Shown here: positions 25,347 through 38,430 of the stretch, in pieces | How positions within the stretch are numbered: position 1 is the stretch's first letter | Layout of the letters: each line of letters starts with the position of its first letter | Assembly: GCF_006345805.1 (NCBI RefSeq) | Contig: NC_043002.1 | Location: forward strand, 22,692,001 to 22,756,000 | Origin: Octopus sinensis | Taxonomy: Eukaryota | DNA: 64,000 bases | Reading direction: 5' to 3' | Made by a program: the position numbers and the translations under genes | Notes under the pieces: generated by a model | Told to the model about the DNA's origin: nothing | Seen by the model: the letters and a program-made list of their open reading frames with translations, nothing else | Databases searched by the model: none

Positions 25347-25700
25347 CTAGCAGTATCGCCCGGCGTTGCTCGGGTTTGTTTCGACCCTTTAGAATAGGAA
25401 TTTTTTAAAAGTAAAAGTTTGCATTATGTAGCTTGTTATTCTCTTTAAGTGAACATTTTTCTGGTTAAAATACACCGAAAAATGGCGACACAGCAGTCAA
25501 AAAATCGTAAAAAATAGGGATTTTCATAGAAGAAAAGCACCTTTTTGATGTAAGTAATGTTTGGTGTTAACACCGTCCGATTTGAATGTTTTCTTTTACG
25601 GAAGGAAGAGCAAGCCTTCTTCTATCACACATTCAATTTTGGTCAACATACGCCGCAGGATCTCGGAGAAGATAGTGTTAGTTGAGGCTACCAACTTCAG
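25347..25700 (-). mobile_element. Non-autonomous Helitron-like element
   Basis: Same ctagcagtatcgcccggcgttgctcggg terminus as 2712 but a different body. Flanked by (TA)n. Confidence 0.65.
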
Positions 25701-25703
25701 CTT

Positions 25704-25739
<36 letters not shown>

Positions 25740-25742
25740 ATA

Positions 25743-25809
<67 letters not shown>

Positions 25810-25977
25810 GTATGTATGGATATATGTATATATATATATGTATGTATGTATGTATATATGTATGTGTGTATATAATATATTTTTTTCTCTCTCTCTCTAC
25901 CAACTACCTTCCTACCAACATATCTATCACACACACACGTACGCATATACATGCATATTCATATATGCATATGTGTG

Positions 25978-26063
<86 letters not shown>

Positions 26064-26132
26064 CATACATACATACATACATACATACATGCATGCATGC
26101 AGGTTTTCAAATAATCTCTTTATTCCCGCCAG

Positions 26133-26230
26133 AATTGCTGTATAGCGCTTTCGTTAAAACTGTTCGAAAATAGACGCAGTCCACGTAAAAGCGTTGATAC
26201 CAGGATCCCTTTCCTCAGAAGGTTTTACAG
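26133..26230 (+). CDS. BCR/ABR-like gene, C2-GAP linker exon ([33 protein letters not shown])
   Basis: Acceptor ttcccgccag|, donor ag|gtatcg. Phase 0 to 2 joins 29931. IALSLKL aligns to BCR VKLSVKF. Confidence 0.7.
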
Positions 26231-26449
26231 GTATCGTGAGAGAATATTCGGTGAACAACTCTCCGTTATCTTGGCGTAAGTAGTAGCTTCAGTTTGTTGG
26301 ATTGGAGGGCGTTGTTTGTTTTTGTTATTGTCCATTAGCAAGTCAAAAACCCGCATATTGGATTCCTTCGTCGGCACCTTGGAACTGTCACTAGTTGATG
26401 TTTTCGACATTTTATTCTTTTGCCCTTTTACTATTTTATTTGTTCTTGT

Positions 26450-26782
26450 TTCAGTCATCTGACTATAGTTCATGCTGGAGCACCACCTTCAAGGGATTTT
26501 AGTCGAACAAATCGACCATAGGACTTATTTTCAAAGCCTAATACTTAACCTATCAGGCTTTTTTGCTGAACTGCTAAGTTAAGGAAAAGTAAACACACTA
26601 ACACTGGGTGTCAAGCAATGGTGGGGGACAAAAAAAGACACAAAGGCACACACGCATATATATATATATAATATATATATATATGTGTGTGTGTGGTGTG
26701 TGTGTGTGTACGTATGTATGTATAATATATATGTGTGTGTGTGTATGTATGTATGTATGTATATATATATTATTATTATTAC

Positions 26783-26834
<52 letters not shown>

Positions 26835-26985
26835 ATATACGACAAGCTTCTTGCAGTTTCCATCTACCAAATCCACTCACTAGGCTTTGGTTGGACCAAG
26901 GCTATAGTAAAAGACACTTGCCTAATATGCCACGCAGTGGGACTGAACCTGGAACCGCGTGGTTGGGAAGTAAGCATGCGACTAT
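26450..26985 (-). mobile_element. SINE family A copy (diverged, with expanded internal microsatellites)
   Basis: tttcagtcatctgac...catgctggagcacc...gacacttgcctaatatgccacgcagtgggactgaacc. Confidence 0.75.
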
Positions 26986-27449
26986 GCAAAAATAAAATGG
27001 GTCTCGATGGCGTGTCATCAGCATAAGTAGTAGCACCATCTCTACACCACTACCATCAATACCTCTCATATCTGTCACCAACACCACCGCCATATGCATT
27101 GTCATCATCATTAATAACCACTTTTTCCATTCCTCGTTGTCATCGTTATTACTTGCACCACTAACATCATCATCATAATCATCCTCGTCGTCGTCGTCAT
27201 CTTCAATATTAATAGGTCCATTATGTCCCACCACATTCAAAGCCTTTCTCTCCGTTATTCTGAGATGTATGCCATCAATGTTTAACTGCACAGGAACACT
27301 AACTGGTGCGCTTCGGCTGAAGAGGAAGAAATAACAGCAAATCTTGTCACTAATATCGGTGACATCTTGGATAATGTAACCGCTCAAGGTGATGTCCCAG
27401 TATGGCTGCAGTCAAGTGATTGAAACAAGTAATAATATAATATAACTAT

Positions 27450-27522
<73 letters not shown>

Positions 27523-27610
27523 TATATATATATCTATATATATATTGCGGAGATGTACTCGCATAGCAAGTGATTTGATCTGGATTTCGTGTGCTGAAAC
27601 GAAAACAATG

Positions 27611-27848
27611 TGCAGCGTGGAAGGTGTTTGTAAGCCATTTAAGAAACACAAAAAGCCGTTCGATTCACTTCAACATTTAAGTTTAATTTGTCAAATATTT
27701 TCGTCGCTAAAATCCGTGCTGCATCTCAGTGAACAGGTCGCGGATTTTAGCGACGAAAATATTTTGACAAATTAAACTTAAATGTTGAAGTGAATCGAAC
27801 GGCTTTTGTGTGTTTCTTAAATGGCTTACAAACACTTTCCACGCTGCA
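27611..27848. repeat. Near-perfect fold-back palindrome (~107-bp arms, 24-nt loop)
   Basis: 27611-27716 is the reverse complement of 27741-27848, with few mismatches. Confidence 0.95.
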
Positions 27849-27879
27849 ATTGTTATATATATATATAATAATAATAATA

Positions 27880-27940
<61 letters not shown>

Positions 27941-27942
<2 letters not shown>

Positions 27943-28763
27943 GCACTAAACTAAACGCAAAAGAAATAGACAAAGAAAAATCCCAGCAATGGTTGAGAAG
28001 CTCAGGACTCAAAGCAGAAACAGAGGGATTTTTAATTGCCTCCCCACCAGAAATTACCAAAAACATGTAATGAAAAGAAATATTACAAGTAACTGCAGAA
28101 TATGTGGAGATGGACAAGAAACAATAAATCATATTATCTCTAGCTGCCCAGTCCTGGCTAAGAAGGAATATATTCACAGACATGACAGAGTTGGAACCTA
28201 CATACATTGGAAGCTATGCCAACATTATGGAATAACAACAGAAAAAAGATGGTATAGGCACACACCAGAAAAGGTCACACGAAAACGAGAAAGCAACCAT
28301 ACTCTGGGATATCCCGATACACACAGATAGAGAAATTAAGGCCAACAGACCAGATATAGTTGTCAGAGATCATGAAGAAAAAAATGCTTTCTAATTGATG
28401 TATCAATACCGGCAGATGACAACGTGTCTCTAAAAGAAATGGAGAAACTCTCAAAATACAAACACCTGGAAATAGAGGTAACTAGAATGTGGAATCTGAA
28501 AACAGAAACAATTCCTATCATAGTAGGTGCATTAGGCATGATAAAAAAATATTCAGACAAATACATAACAAAAGCACCAGGACTTACAAACACATATAAC
28601 ATACAGAAAATTGCACTACTAGGCACTGCACACATCCTACGCAGAACACTTTCCATACCATAACCATCAGAGCATCACAACAAATCACAGCACATACCTA
28701 AGGCACACAGAGCTGCGCTCGGTAGTGAAGTGAAAGCACGCTATAAAAATAAAACTACTGAAT
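27941..28763 (+). mobile_element. R4/Dong-like non-LTR retrotransposon, 5'-truncated, with RLE endonuclease
   Basis: CCHC knuckle CRICGDGQETINHIISSC, then RHD, RPDIV...LIDVSIP...EKLSKY (PD-D/E-K) and LGTAHILRRTL*. One frameshift near 28290. (TAA)n on both flanks. Confidence 0.9.
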
Positions 28764-28782
28764 GATAATAATAATAATAATA

Positions 28783-28823
<41 letters not shown>

Positions 28824-29810
28824 GTAATATGTATAACTGCAAAAGAATGAGACCTTAATTTTTGTAGAAATACAGGATTATTTTATATGATATGACTTAT
28901 ACAGCAAACAGTAAACGGTTGTCCTTATAAATGCTCAGAGTTTCAAATGTTGGAGCGAAGCGCTATTGTACATTCTCGTCGGCAATAAAATGGCAACAGA
29001 CGCTACGAAAAACTAGAACCACCGGCTTCGCGGTAGTCTTTCGTTTATTCCACTGTCTGAAGCTTAAGTTGCGTATGCGGGAGTGTGAATGTATGTCTGT
29101 ATATATATAGATATAATTTATACGTGTAAATATGTCTATATATTTGTGTTGTATTACCTGTATGCATGTAAGCACCTATGTGTATATGTGGATTAGGTTG
29201 TGTATATATATGTATACATGTGTGTGTTTGTACGAGTATGTGTGTATGCATGAGTACGTACATGCATATATATTTATATATATATGTTTGTGTGTGTGTG
29301 TGTGTGTATACATGTTTTGTTTGCGTGTGTACGTATGTAGACGTTGTGACAGGCGTTTTATGTCTTTATAACTTTATATATATATATAATATATATATAT
29401 ATATATGTATATGTATATGTATATGTGTATGTATGTATGTATTTATGTATGTATGTATGTGTATGTGTGTGTGCGCGCGCGTGTGTGTGTCTGTGTGTGT
29501 AAGCAGTAACTTATTCTTTCAAGAATATAAAAGACACGACAATGGACGATTATATGTAAAATTATTACCATCTATTCATCCTGATGATGAGACCTGGAAA
29601 GTGTTGGAAAGTTAACAGATACTGGATTTAGAAAGGTTGTAGTTCCAAACTAAACATAAACAACTAAGAAGAAAATATTTTTTTCAAATCCTTAATAATA
29701 TAAGATCAAATTCATGTACAGTCGTGTTTTCTAGCATATGTATATGTATGCATACTTATATGCATATATACTTACATACAAAGACATATATACTTGCATA
29801 TATATATACT

Positions 29811-29886
<76 letters not shown>

Positions 29887-29930
29887 TTATGTATGTGTGT
29901 ATGTATACTTGTTTTTGTTATTTTTTTCAG

Positions 29931-29992
29931 CCGAGAGGAAGGTACTGTTCCAATGATTGTCAGCGCATTAACGGCAGAAATTGAATCAAGAG
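29931..29992 (+). CDS. BCR/ABR-like gene, RhoGAP start exon (REEGTVPMIVSALTAEIESR)
   Basis: Acceptor tttttttcag|, donor ag|gtatga. Matches BCR RERSKVPYIVRQCVEEIERRG. Confidence 0.9.
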
Positions 29993-30411
29993 GTATGAAA
30001 AAATACATTTTCCATATTGTTAATATTTAAAATGATCTTCTTGTCTTATGACCTATATTTGAGCTGTTCCCGTCACATGCATGCACATAAGAACGACTTG
30101 CGTGTTGTTTGCTTTTTGCACATCCCTCCAGTGTTGGCTCTCCACCAAAAATGTCCTGAGTGTTACCTTTAATATTACACTAATCTGTAAATATTGACAT
30201 CACCATGGAAATTTCTGGAAAATGTATTCATGTATGTTAGTATGCAAAGCTGGTTCTTTCCCTCCAGAATTTTCTTAAGATACCGTAGTCTTCTAGTGAA
30301 GTGCTTGTGATGGAATGACACCAAGAAGTATCGCTTGAGTAATTCACTCCCAACACCGGAGCTGTTCTTTTCGTATTTTGAGCACTTGATTGACATGTGG
30401 TTTTGCCATAG

Positions 30412-30468
30412 GATTAAGTGATATAGACGCATGGAAGCTTTCTGGACTGAATCTAAGCTTCTTCATGT
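30412..30468 (+). CDS. Candidate RhoGAP arginine-finger exon (GLSDIDAWKLSG...)
   Basis: Acceptor ttttgccatag| in the required phase 1. A 12-residue gapless match to BCR GMEEVGIYRVSG. The donor is uncertain: a weak t|gtcttt, with an in-frame stop at 30478-30480. Confidence 0.4.
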
Positions 30469-31299
30469 GTCTTTTCTAATGAGATAGAGCTTCAGGATAT
30501 CTGTTTCCGTGGAAGAGTAGGTGCGTACATATTTTGATTACAAATCTTTTCTGCATAAATATCATGCCACACACACACACACAAACACACACTTATATAG
30601 TGTATATATTGCCATCGTTCGACGCTGGGGCTACAGCTGTGCGATTATACGATCAACTGAATAACCTGCTAACTCAATTAACGTCGTGCAGGTGGCTGAG
30701 AGTTCCACAGACACATGTCTCCTTCATGCAATTCTAGGCAAAATTTGCTTGACTCGGTGTTCGACAAGTTTGTACCCTTCAATTACAAGAATAACCCATC
30801 CGTCTGCCCAATTTCACTCACAAAAATTAGGTCGACCAATTCGTGCGCACACACACTTACGCAAACCCACACACACATACTTACACATGTGCATATAAGC
30901 ACACATGAACGTCGGGAGAGAAGACACTGCCCTAGTGATTGCCCCAGCGTTGGAGCATGCAACTATACAGTCAAGTATTCGTCCACTCTTTTAATATGTA
31001 CAACAAAACCTCAAAAGCTATCGTTATAGTTTCTTTTGCATTCGTATCTTAATAGTGCCCGGTCCAAAATATGTCTATGTACAAAAAGGAAAACCGCGTC
31101 ACTTAAACCAGTTAATATCCATATGCGATATATGTAAGTAAACATTATCTGTGAGTTTTTGTATATGCGAAGATGAGTGAATATATATCAAGGGATATTT
31201 GAATGCTAGTATCTATTATTATGTTTTATTATCAGAAAATGATATCAGTATATACAATTTTGTGAAGAGCATATATTCTTTTCTACACAAGACACGGAA

Positions 31300-31680
31300 T
31301 TTTGGGGGAGGGGACCAGTCGATTAGATCCAGCCCAGTACGCAACTGGTACTTAATTTATCAATCCCAGAAGGATGAAAGGCAAAGACAACCTCGGTGGA
31401 ATTTGAACTCAGAACGTAAAGACAAACGAAATACTTATTTCTTTACTATCCACAAGGGGCTAAACACAGAGGGGACAAACAAGGACAGACAAACGGATTA
31501 AGTCGATTACATCGACCCCAGTGCGTAACTGGAACTTAATTTATCGAAAGGATGAAATGCAAAGGATGAAATGCAAAGTCGACCTCGGCGGAATTTGAAC
31601 TCAGAACGTAACGGCAGACGAAATGCGGCTTCGCATTTCGCCCGGCGTGCTAACGTTTCTGCCAGCTCGCCGCCTTGTGA
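31300..31680 (-). mobile_element. SINE family B compound copy
   Basis: Reverse complement of the 9243-9862 blocks (ggaatttgaactcagaacgta occurs twice). Confidence 0.85.
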
Positions 31681-31887
31681 AGAGTATATATTACATACGC
31701 GTATTAATTATATGAAATTCATTGGTGTATATATCGATGTGTGTGTGTGTGTGTGTTCATGCATGTATGTATCGATCAATCAATCAATCAATATATATAT
31801 ATATATATATATATGTATTTCGGGATGGTCATTTTACTTTTTGTTTGCCAAATAAACACACGTACTATATATTGTTTTCACTCTTTT

Positions 31888-32147
31888 GCAACATGATATC
31901 AAGTAGTGATGCAGTACGACTATTTCGAGCAACTCCATTTAATTGAACAATGGAATCATTACATCAATTTAAATGCAGTGCCATCTTCAGCTGCACAAAT
32001 AAATAAATAGAATTTTAACCAGCAGGATACATTAATATAATTATTCTCAAATATTTTCACAGAGCAAGAAGATGGAAGAAATTCATGTCGTCGCTAATGT
32101 AGTCGCTTGAAACGGTCGTACTGCATCACTACTTGATATCCTGTTGC
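31888..32147. mobile_element. MITE with ~47-bp TIRs
   Basis: gcaacatgatatcaagtagtgatgcagtacgactatttcgagcaact versus agtcgcttgaaacggtcgtactgcatcactacttgatatcctgttgc. Confidence 0.8.
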
Positions 32148-32245
32148 TTAGTTTGATTTTATTCACCTTATTTCGAGCTGTGCAGATAATACCTGACTGA
32201 CTTAGTGCTTCAACATAAGTACCTAATTCAAATGAATCTCAGTTG

Positions 32246-32349
<104 letters not shown>

Positions 32350-32419
32350 ATGTGTGTATACATACATATGTGTATATATTATATATATATAATGTATATA
32401 TATAATATATTATTTTAAT

Positions 32420-32451
<32 letters not shown>

Positions 32452-32663
32452 ACATAAATATAAATATAAGAGAGTGGTCATATATTGCTCGACACTCTCT
32501 TATATTTATTTTGTAAAAATATTATAATATGTTATAAAATATTATAATAATCCAGGTTTCTCGTAGCACTAGGCCACTTGTTGAAGAAATATACTATTAA
32601 ATTAGTATCTAAATTCTCTCACCCTTATTAATTAATATTTATACATACAATATTATATATATA

Positions 32664-33871
32664 CATGAGTTGGACAAAATAATGGAAACACCCAGTATCA
32701 TAGCATAATTTTGAAATATCTATAAAACCGCCAAAAGCTTGTTTATTTTTATGTTTTTGATTTACTATTAGTGTTGCTTAATATGTTTTGCTGAAATTTC
32801 TGTTTTATCATCAGAAAAAGGTAATTACAATTCATTAAAATGACAGATCTATCAGACTTTCAAAGAGGTCAAATTGCTGGTGCTTGTATGGCAGGTGCAA
32901 GCGTAACGAAAACAGCCGAAATGTTTGGTGTATCAAGAAGTACTGTCTCGAGAGTAATGACAGCCTTTGAGAAAGAGGGAAAAACTTCCATGTCGAAACA
33001 AAACTCCGGAAGAAAACCAAAACTTTCAGATAGGGACCGTCGGACTCTTACACGATATGTTAGAAAGAATCACAAAAGTACAGCTCCCAAAATTATTGAA
33101 GAGTTTAATGACCACCTCGAGAACCCAGTTTCGGCAAAAACCGTTCGCCGGATTTCATGGGAGGGCTGCAATCAGAAAACTACTACTTTCAAAACAAACG
33201 TTGCAAAGCGTTTAGAGTGGAATAAAAACCTACAGAATCTGTCCCTAGAACAGTGGAAGAATATTATTTTCTTGGACGAATCATACTTTACCTTATTTCC
33301 GACCACGGGCCGAGTATACGTGTGGTGACAGCCTAAAGAAGCATTTGACCTAGACTGTGTTCTTCCAATTGGTAAACATGGAGGAGGATCTGTAATGATC
33401 TGGTGGGTAGTGTTAAATTCGCTAGCCCAATGATTTTCCTTCATGGAAGAATTAATAGTCACGACTATTTAAACATTTTATTTGATCAAATTCATCCTAT
33501 GGTTGCGGAACTATTTCCGGAGGGAAACGCAATCTTTCAGGATGACAATGCACCAATTCACAAAGGTAAAGTTGTTACTCAATAATATGAGAAACATTCT
33601 TGTGAAGTTGAACACCTTATCTAACCACCACAGTCCCCAGATATCAATATTATTGAACATTTATGGTGCATTTTAGAAAAACAAGTATGGAGTCGATATC
33701 CTCCACCATCATCACTACAAGAACTGGAGACTGTTTTAGCTGAAGAATGGATAAAAATTCCTTTAGAAACAATTCAAACTTTGTACGAGTCCATACTTCA
33801 TTGAATTCAAGCTGTAATTACTGCCAAAGGCGGTTCTACCACATTTTGAAATAAATTCTTGGTGTTTCCAT
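32664..33871 (+). mobile_element. Tc1-like transposon with DD36E spacing (Incomer-like), pseudogenised
   Basis: Left TIR TA-catgagttggacaaaataatggaaacacc and partial right TIR ggtgtttccat. ORF MTDLSDFQRGQIAG..., FLDESYF, FQDDNAPIH-(36 aa)-E, with stops and a frameshift. Confidence 0.85.
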
Positions 33872-34004
33872 AGAAAAGTAACGTAATTTTATGCAGTTAA
33901 GTATATGTCCTGTATATTTTACCCGCATATATATATCTGTGTGTGCGTGTATGAGCGTGTGTAATATAAGAGTATATATGTGTGTGATATATATATATAT
34001 ATAG

Positions 34005-34057
<53 letters not shown>

Positions 34058-34061
34058 TATA

Positions 34062-34093
<32 letters not shown>

Positions 34094-34156
34094 GCATGCA
34101 TGTATGTATGTAGGAGGAGTGACATCGTAATTACTCTCATTTGTCACTTTTTACAG

Positions 34157-34291
34157 GTATACTTACTGGGTCAATGTTGATTCACTCGCCAAAACTAACG
34201 CCATGTGATCTAGGAGATCTACTTTTATACTATCTCAGTCATCTTCCCTCACCTCTACTGACACAACCAGACATGTTTAACTGCCTCCTTT
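34157..34291 (+). CDS. BCR/ABR-like gene, RhoGAP exon (ILTGSMLIHSPKLTPCDLGDLLLYYLSHLPSPLLTQPDMFNCLL)
   Basis: Acceptor tttttacag|, donor t|gtaagt, 135 nt, phase 1-1. DLGDLLLYYLSHLPSPLLT aligns to AIAGTLKLYFRELPEPLFT. Confidence 0.85.
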
Positions 34292-34539
34292 GTAAGTATA
34301 TCTATTGTTTTGTAGTTATGTATGCTGATATACATGTATATATATATATTTATATATATATAATATATAGAGATATAAAGAAATAATAAAAATGGGACAC
34401 GATTCATTAATTTCAAGTTCAAGTTCTTAATCTTATCTCACATTATAAAGAAATGATTATCTCCCTTACTATCGTTGCAATCACTAGGGTAACCACACAG
34501 ACACAACACAACACAACACATATTTGCATACACACACGC

Positions 34540-36417
34540 ACACATATACTAGTCCCACTCCCGAACTATACGGCCGTTATATTTACGACTGTATCGGTGT
34601 GACCTCACTCTCCCGTGAACATCTAGACTCCTTCCCCTCTTTTGTCAAATTTTTCCATCCTGCACTCCTCTTCTGCACTATCTCTGCCACCTCTGTCTCC
34701 TTTCTTGACATTTCGGTCAACATTCATCACTCCACTCTCACCACCTCCATCCACTACAAACACACAGACTCACACTCATACCTCTATTTCTCCTCCTCTC
34801 ACCCTAAACACACCAAGATTTTCTTCCCCTATACCTAATTCCTCCGTCTACGCAGGCTCTGCACTGACGACCATGACTTTAAGACTCAGTCTCAACTCAT
34901 GGCTCGCCACTTCATCCTACGCAGATATACCTTCACCACTATCCACACCGCCCTTGCCAGAGCACTTCCGTGGACCGTGCATCTGCTGTCTCCCTCCGCA
35001 CCCGCCCCGCCCCGCCGCCTCCCGTCTCCTGTTTCCCGTTTCCCTTCACGTACCACCCCACCATCCTACCTCTCCAACGCACCATTCTCCGAACCTTCCG
35101 GTGACTCCAGTCCGACTCCTCCTCTTCGCACATCTTCCCTAACCGACCCCTCCTCTCCTTTAAATGAGCCCACAACCTACAAGACCTCTTGGTCCACAGC
35201 TTCTTCCCTAACCCAATCTCCCAACCCGGCTCGTTACCCTACTCCTGCCACACTACCGCACTTGCCCTTACCTCTCCAATTTCACCCTCCTCACCGTCAC
35301 CCATCATCGACCCTATCATATCACCGACTCGTTCACCTGCACTTCTACCAATGTCATCTACTGCATCTCCTGCTCTCTCTGCCCTTCTCTATACATCGGC
35401 AAATGGGACGCCGCTTGGCAGACCGGTTCGCAGGAACACCTCCGGGACATCCGACTCAGCAATGACACCCCGGTCTCGCGCCATTTCCGCTCTACCGGTC
35501 ACTCTTTGCAACACCTGTCTGTGTTCGGATTTTCCTTGCACAGAGGCCAGTTTGCGCCGTGAACAGGAATTAATCTTCTCTCTTTGCTCCATTGCGCCAC
35601 GTGGACTCAACTCTCCTCCCCTCTCCTCTCTCCCTCTAACACCTACTTCCTCCTACCACCTCTCTTCTCTTTCTCCGACTCCTACTTCTCTTCCCTCCTA
35701 CTCTCCTCTCTTTCATTCCTACCCTCCTTCTCCCTTCCCCTACTCCCTTTATCGAAAACCCTCCCTCGTAACCCCATCCCCACACAATCCAACCCACCTT
35801 CCCTATCCATCCCATTCCACGCCCACCCATTCCTACATACTCCACCTCTACCTCCACCCTCAGCCTACTTACATACCTCACCTCTACCCCCCACCTTCAG
35901 CCCAACCCACAACCTTGCTTACCCCACTCTCGCTTCCCCACATCCTACACAATCACACCACCTCACCACTACACCATACACCACCATACCACACAACACC
36001 ACAACACATCACACCACCACGCACACACTAGCACTGACCACTTCCCAGCCCCACATCCACACACCTACACATACGCACACGCACACGCACACGTGAAGGT
36101 CACCAGCCCTCTTCCACACGCACATACATGCTCTCTTATACATACGCACGGGCACCTTCGTTTTAGATGACCACTACTTTATTATCTCCCCTTCTTCCTA
36201 GCTCTTTTGTGTGACCCCTTAACCCGGCATTCGGCATGATAGATCGCTAGCCACTACACATCCTTTCTTTTCTTTCCTTGTTTCTTTTTGTGTTCCTTTC
36301 TGTGGAAGAGCGTAGACTCAAAACGTTAAAGACTTTTTCACGTCCCGAGCGTTAAACTAATACACCTCTTTGTTGTTTGCACACACCACCTGTCTTCGTC
36401 TTTTTTTTGTGAATTCT

Positions 36418-36420
<3 letters not shown>
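34540..36420 (+). mobile_element. Penelope-like element (C-rich family), 5'-truncated and degenerate
   Basis: RT C-terminus (YGRYIYDC, SFLDI, HYKHTDSHSYL..SSHP) and GIY-YIG (TNVIYCISCSLCPSLYIG...RRLADRF.EHL...VSRHF...RREQELIF...PRGLN). The 3' tail has a hammerhead-like motif at 36296-36331. Confidence 0.85.
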
Positions 36421-36491
<71 letters not shown>

Positions 36492-36530
36492 GATAGATGA
36501 TAGATAGATAGATAGATAGATAGATGATAA

Positions 36531-36583
<53 letters not shown>

Positions 36584-36598
36584 GAGAGAAACAGACAC

Positions 36599-36666
<68 letters not shown>

Positions 36667-36782
36667 GTAATATATTCATGTATGTTATTTATGTATTTGT
36701 TTATACATGTATATCTAAATCGATATGTAAACATATATTTATTTGTGAATATATGTATTAATTTGTATGTATACGTCTATGA

Positions 36783-37110
36783 TGAAGGCGCATGGGTCAG
36801 TGGTTTGAGCATCGGGCTCAAAATCAATAGGTAGTGATTTCGAATCCCGGAACGTGCTGTGTATTGTGTTCTTGAGCAAGACACTATATTTCACATTGCT
36901 CCAGTTCATTCAGCTGTAGAAATGAGTTGCGACGTCACAGGTGCCAAGCTGTATCGGCCTTTGCATTTCCCTGGGGCAATATCGGTGGTGTAGTGAGCAG
37001 GGACTGGTATACATGGGCAACTGCCGGTCTTCCACAAATAACCTTGACCGGACTTGTGCCTCGGAGGGGAACGTCCTAGGTACAATCCCATGGCTATTCA
37101 TGACTGAACG
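36783..37110 (+). mobile_element. tRNA-derived SINE (family C-related)
   Basis: tRNA-like head, then cttgagcaagacactatatttcacattgctccagttcattcagctgtagaaatgag core. Confidence 0.75.
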
Positions 37111-37125
37111 AGATTCTTTATGCTT

Positions 37126-37163
<38 letters not shown>

Positions 37164-37441
37164 ATATGTGTGTGTGTGTGGTGTGTGTGTGTGTGTGTGT
37201 GTGTGTCTCTCTCTCTCTCTCTCTCTCTCTCTGTGAACACGTGCAGCTTCCACACTGTTTCTGCCGACAAAATTTCAGTCTCGGAGTAGGTTCATTTGCT
37301 CGACCGTTCATCGCACAGTAGTATGGAGCAAAGAACTAGATGGCGCTGAAGAAAAATTTATATCCACATAAACACTCCAGATTTTTATCTAAACAAATAT
37401 TACCTACCTTGCTTGATATATTTATCTTTTCGGTGCTCCAG

Positions 37442-37544
37442 ATGAACCGGAATCCACAAAGTGTACTTCGGCCATCAGACTATTTAACACAATCCAGAAG
37501 CCAGAACGAGACCTTCTGTATCACTTGATTCAACATTTAGCAAC
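37442..37544 (+). CDS. BCR/ABR-like gene, RhoGAP exon (EPESTKCTSAIRLFNTIQKPERDLLYHLIQHLAT)
   Basis: Acceptor gtgctccag|, donor ac|gtgagt, phase 1 to 2. Aligns to BCR [34 protein letters not shown]. Confidence 0.85.
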
Positions 37545-37590
37545 GTGAGTATTCTCTTTTTCTCTCTGTCTTTCGCACAAACATGCAATA

Positions 37591-38430
37591 CGAGGTCTGA
37601 TCAATAAGTATCCGGACTGTTGCCATAGTGACAAAGCTAAATCAGGCACAGTAACGCCGCTCGGCAAAAACTGACCTTGAACTTTGTTGAGCAGGCGCAC
37701 TAAGTTTTAACATTCTAGCCCACTTCTGCTATTTACAGCAGTGATTTGAAGGAAGGTGTGTAGCGTGTGATCGTCGCATTGACCATGACAGAGAAAGTTG
37801 TCATAGCGATATCTGCTCGGCAAAGTTGCAGAAAGTATATGGAGAGAAGTGTATGAGTCACATACAAATGTACAAGTGGTTCAAACGTTTCCAAGATGGC
37901 CGCAAAAATGTTGATATTGACGACGTTCTGGGAGACCCGCAACCAGCAGATCTAAGAAAGACATTGCAGATGTGTATGCAGCTGTGAGGGAAAATCGTTG
38001 AGTCACCATCCGTGAGTTATCAGAGGATGTACAGATTAGTTACGGTTCAGTTCAGTCCATTATCAATGAAGATTTGGGTATGAGACACGTGTCTGTCAAG
38101 TTTCTGCAAAAACCGCTTTCACCTGCCCAAAAAGACACTCAGGTTTTAGTTGCACAAGATCTCCTTGATTGTGTTCAGAATGATGAAAACTTTTTGAAAA
38201 CTTTGCATAGGCCTCTGAACAGGTATCGCCAAGCTTTTGGCAAAAATTGATGCAGATTCTCTGCTCAACTTTCTCTTTCATGGGCAATACGACGATCACA
38301 CACTACACACCTTCCTTCCAAACACTGCTGTAAACAGCGAAAGTGAGATAGAGCGTTGAAACATAGTGTACATGCACAGCAGAGTTCAAGGTCAATCTGT
38401 GCCAAGCGGCTTCCATCTGCGTGCTTTAGC
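37591..38430 (+). mobile_element. mariner 5' fragment with an inverted duplicate of its own 5' end
   Basis: TA-cgaggtctgatcaataagtatccggac TIR. HTH peptide ..QMYKWFKRFQDGRKNVD..TIRELSEDVQISYGSVQSII.EDLGMR. 37731-37800 is inverted at 38266-38335. Confidence 0.8.

Noticed and set aside
29580-29650. CTGATGA-TGAGACC hammerhead-like start
   Set aside because: The complementary stem II strand and GAAA are not identifiable.
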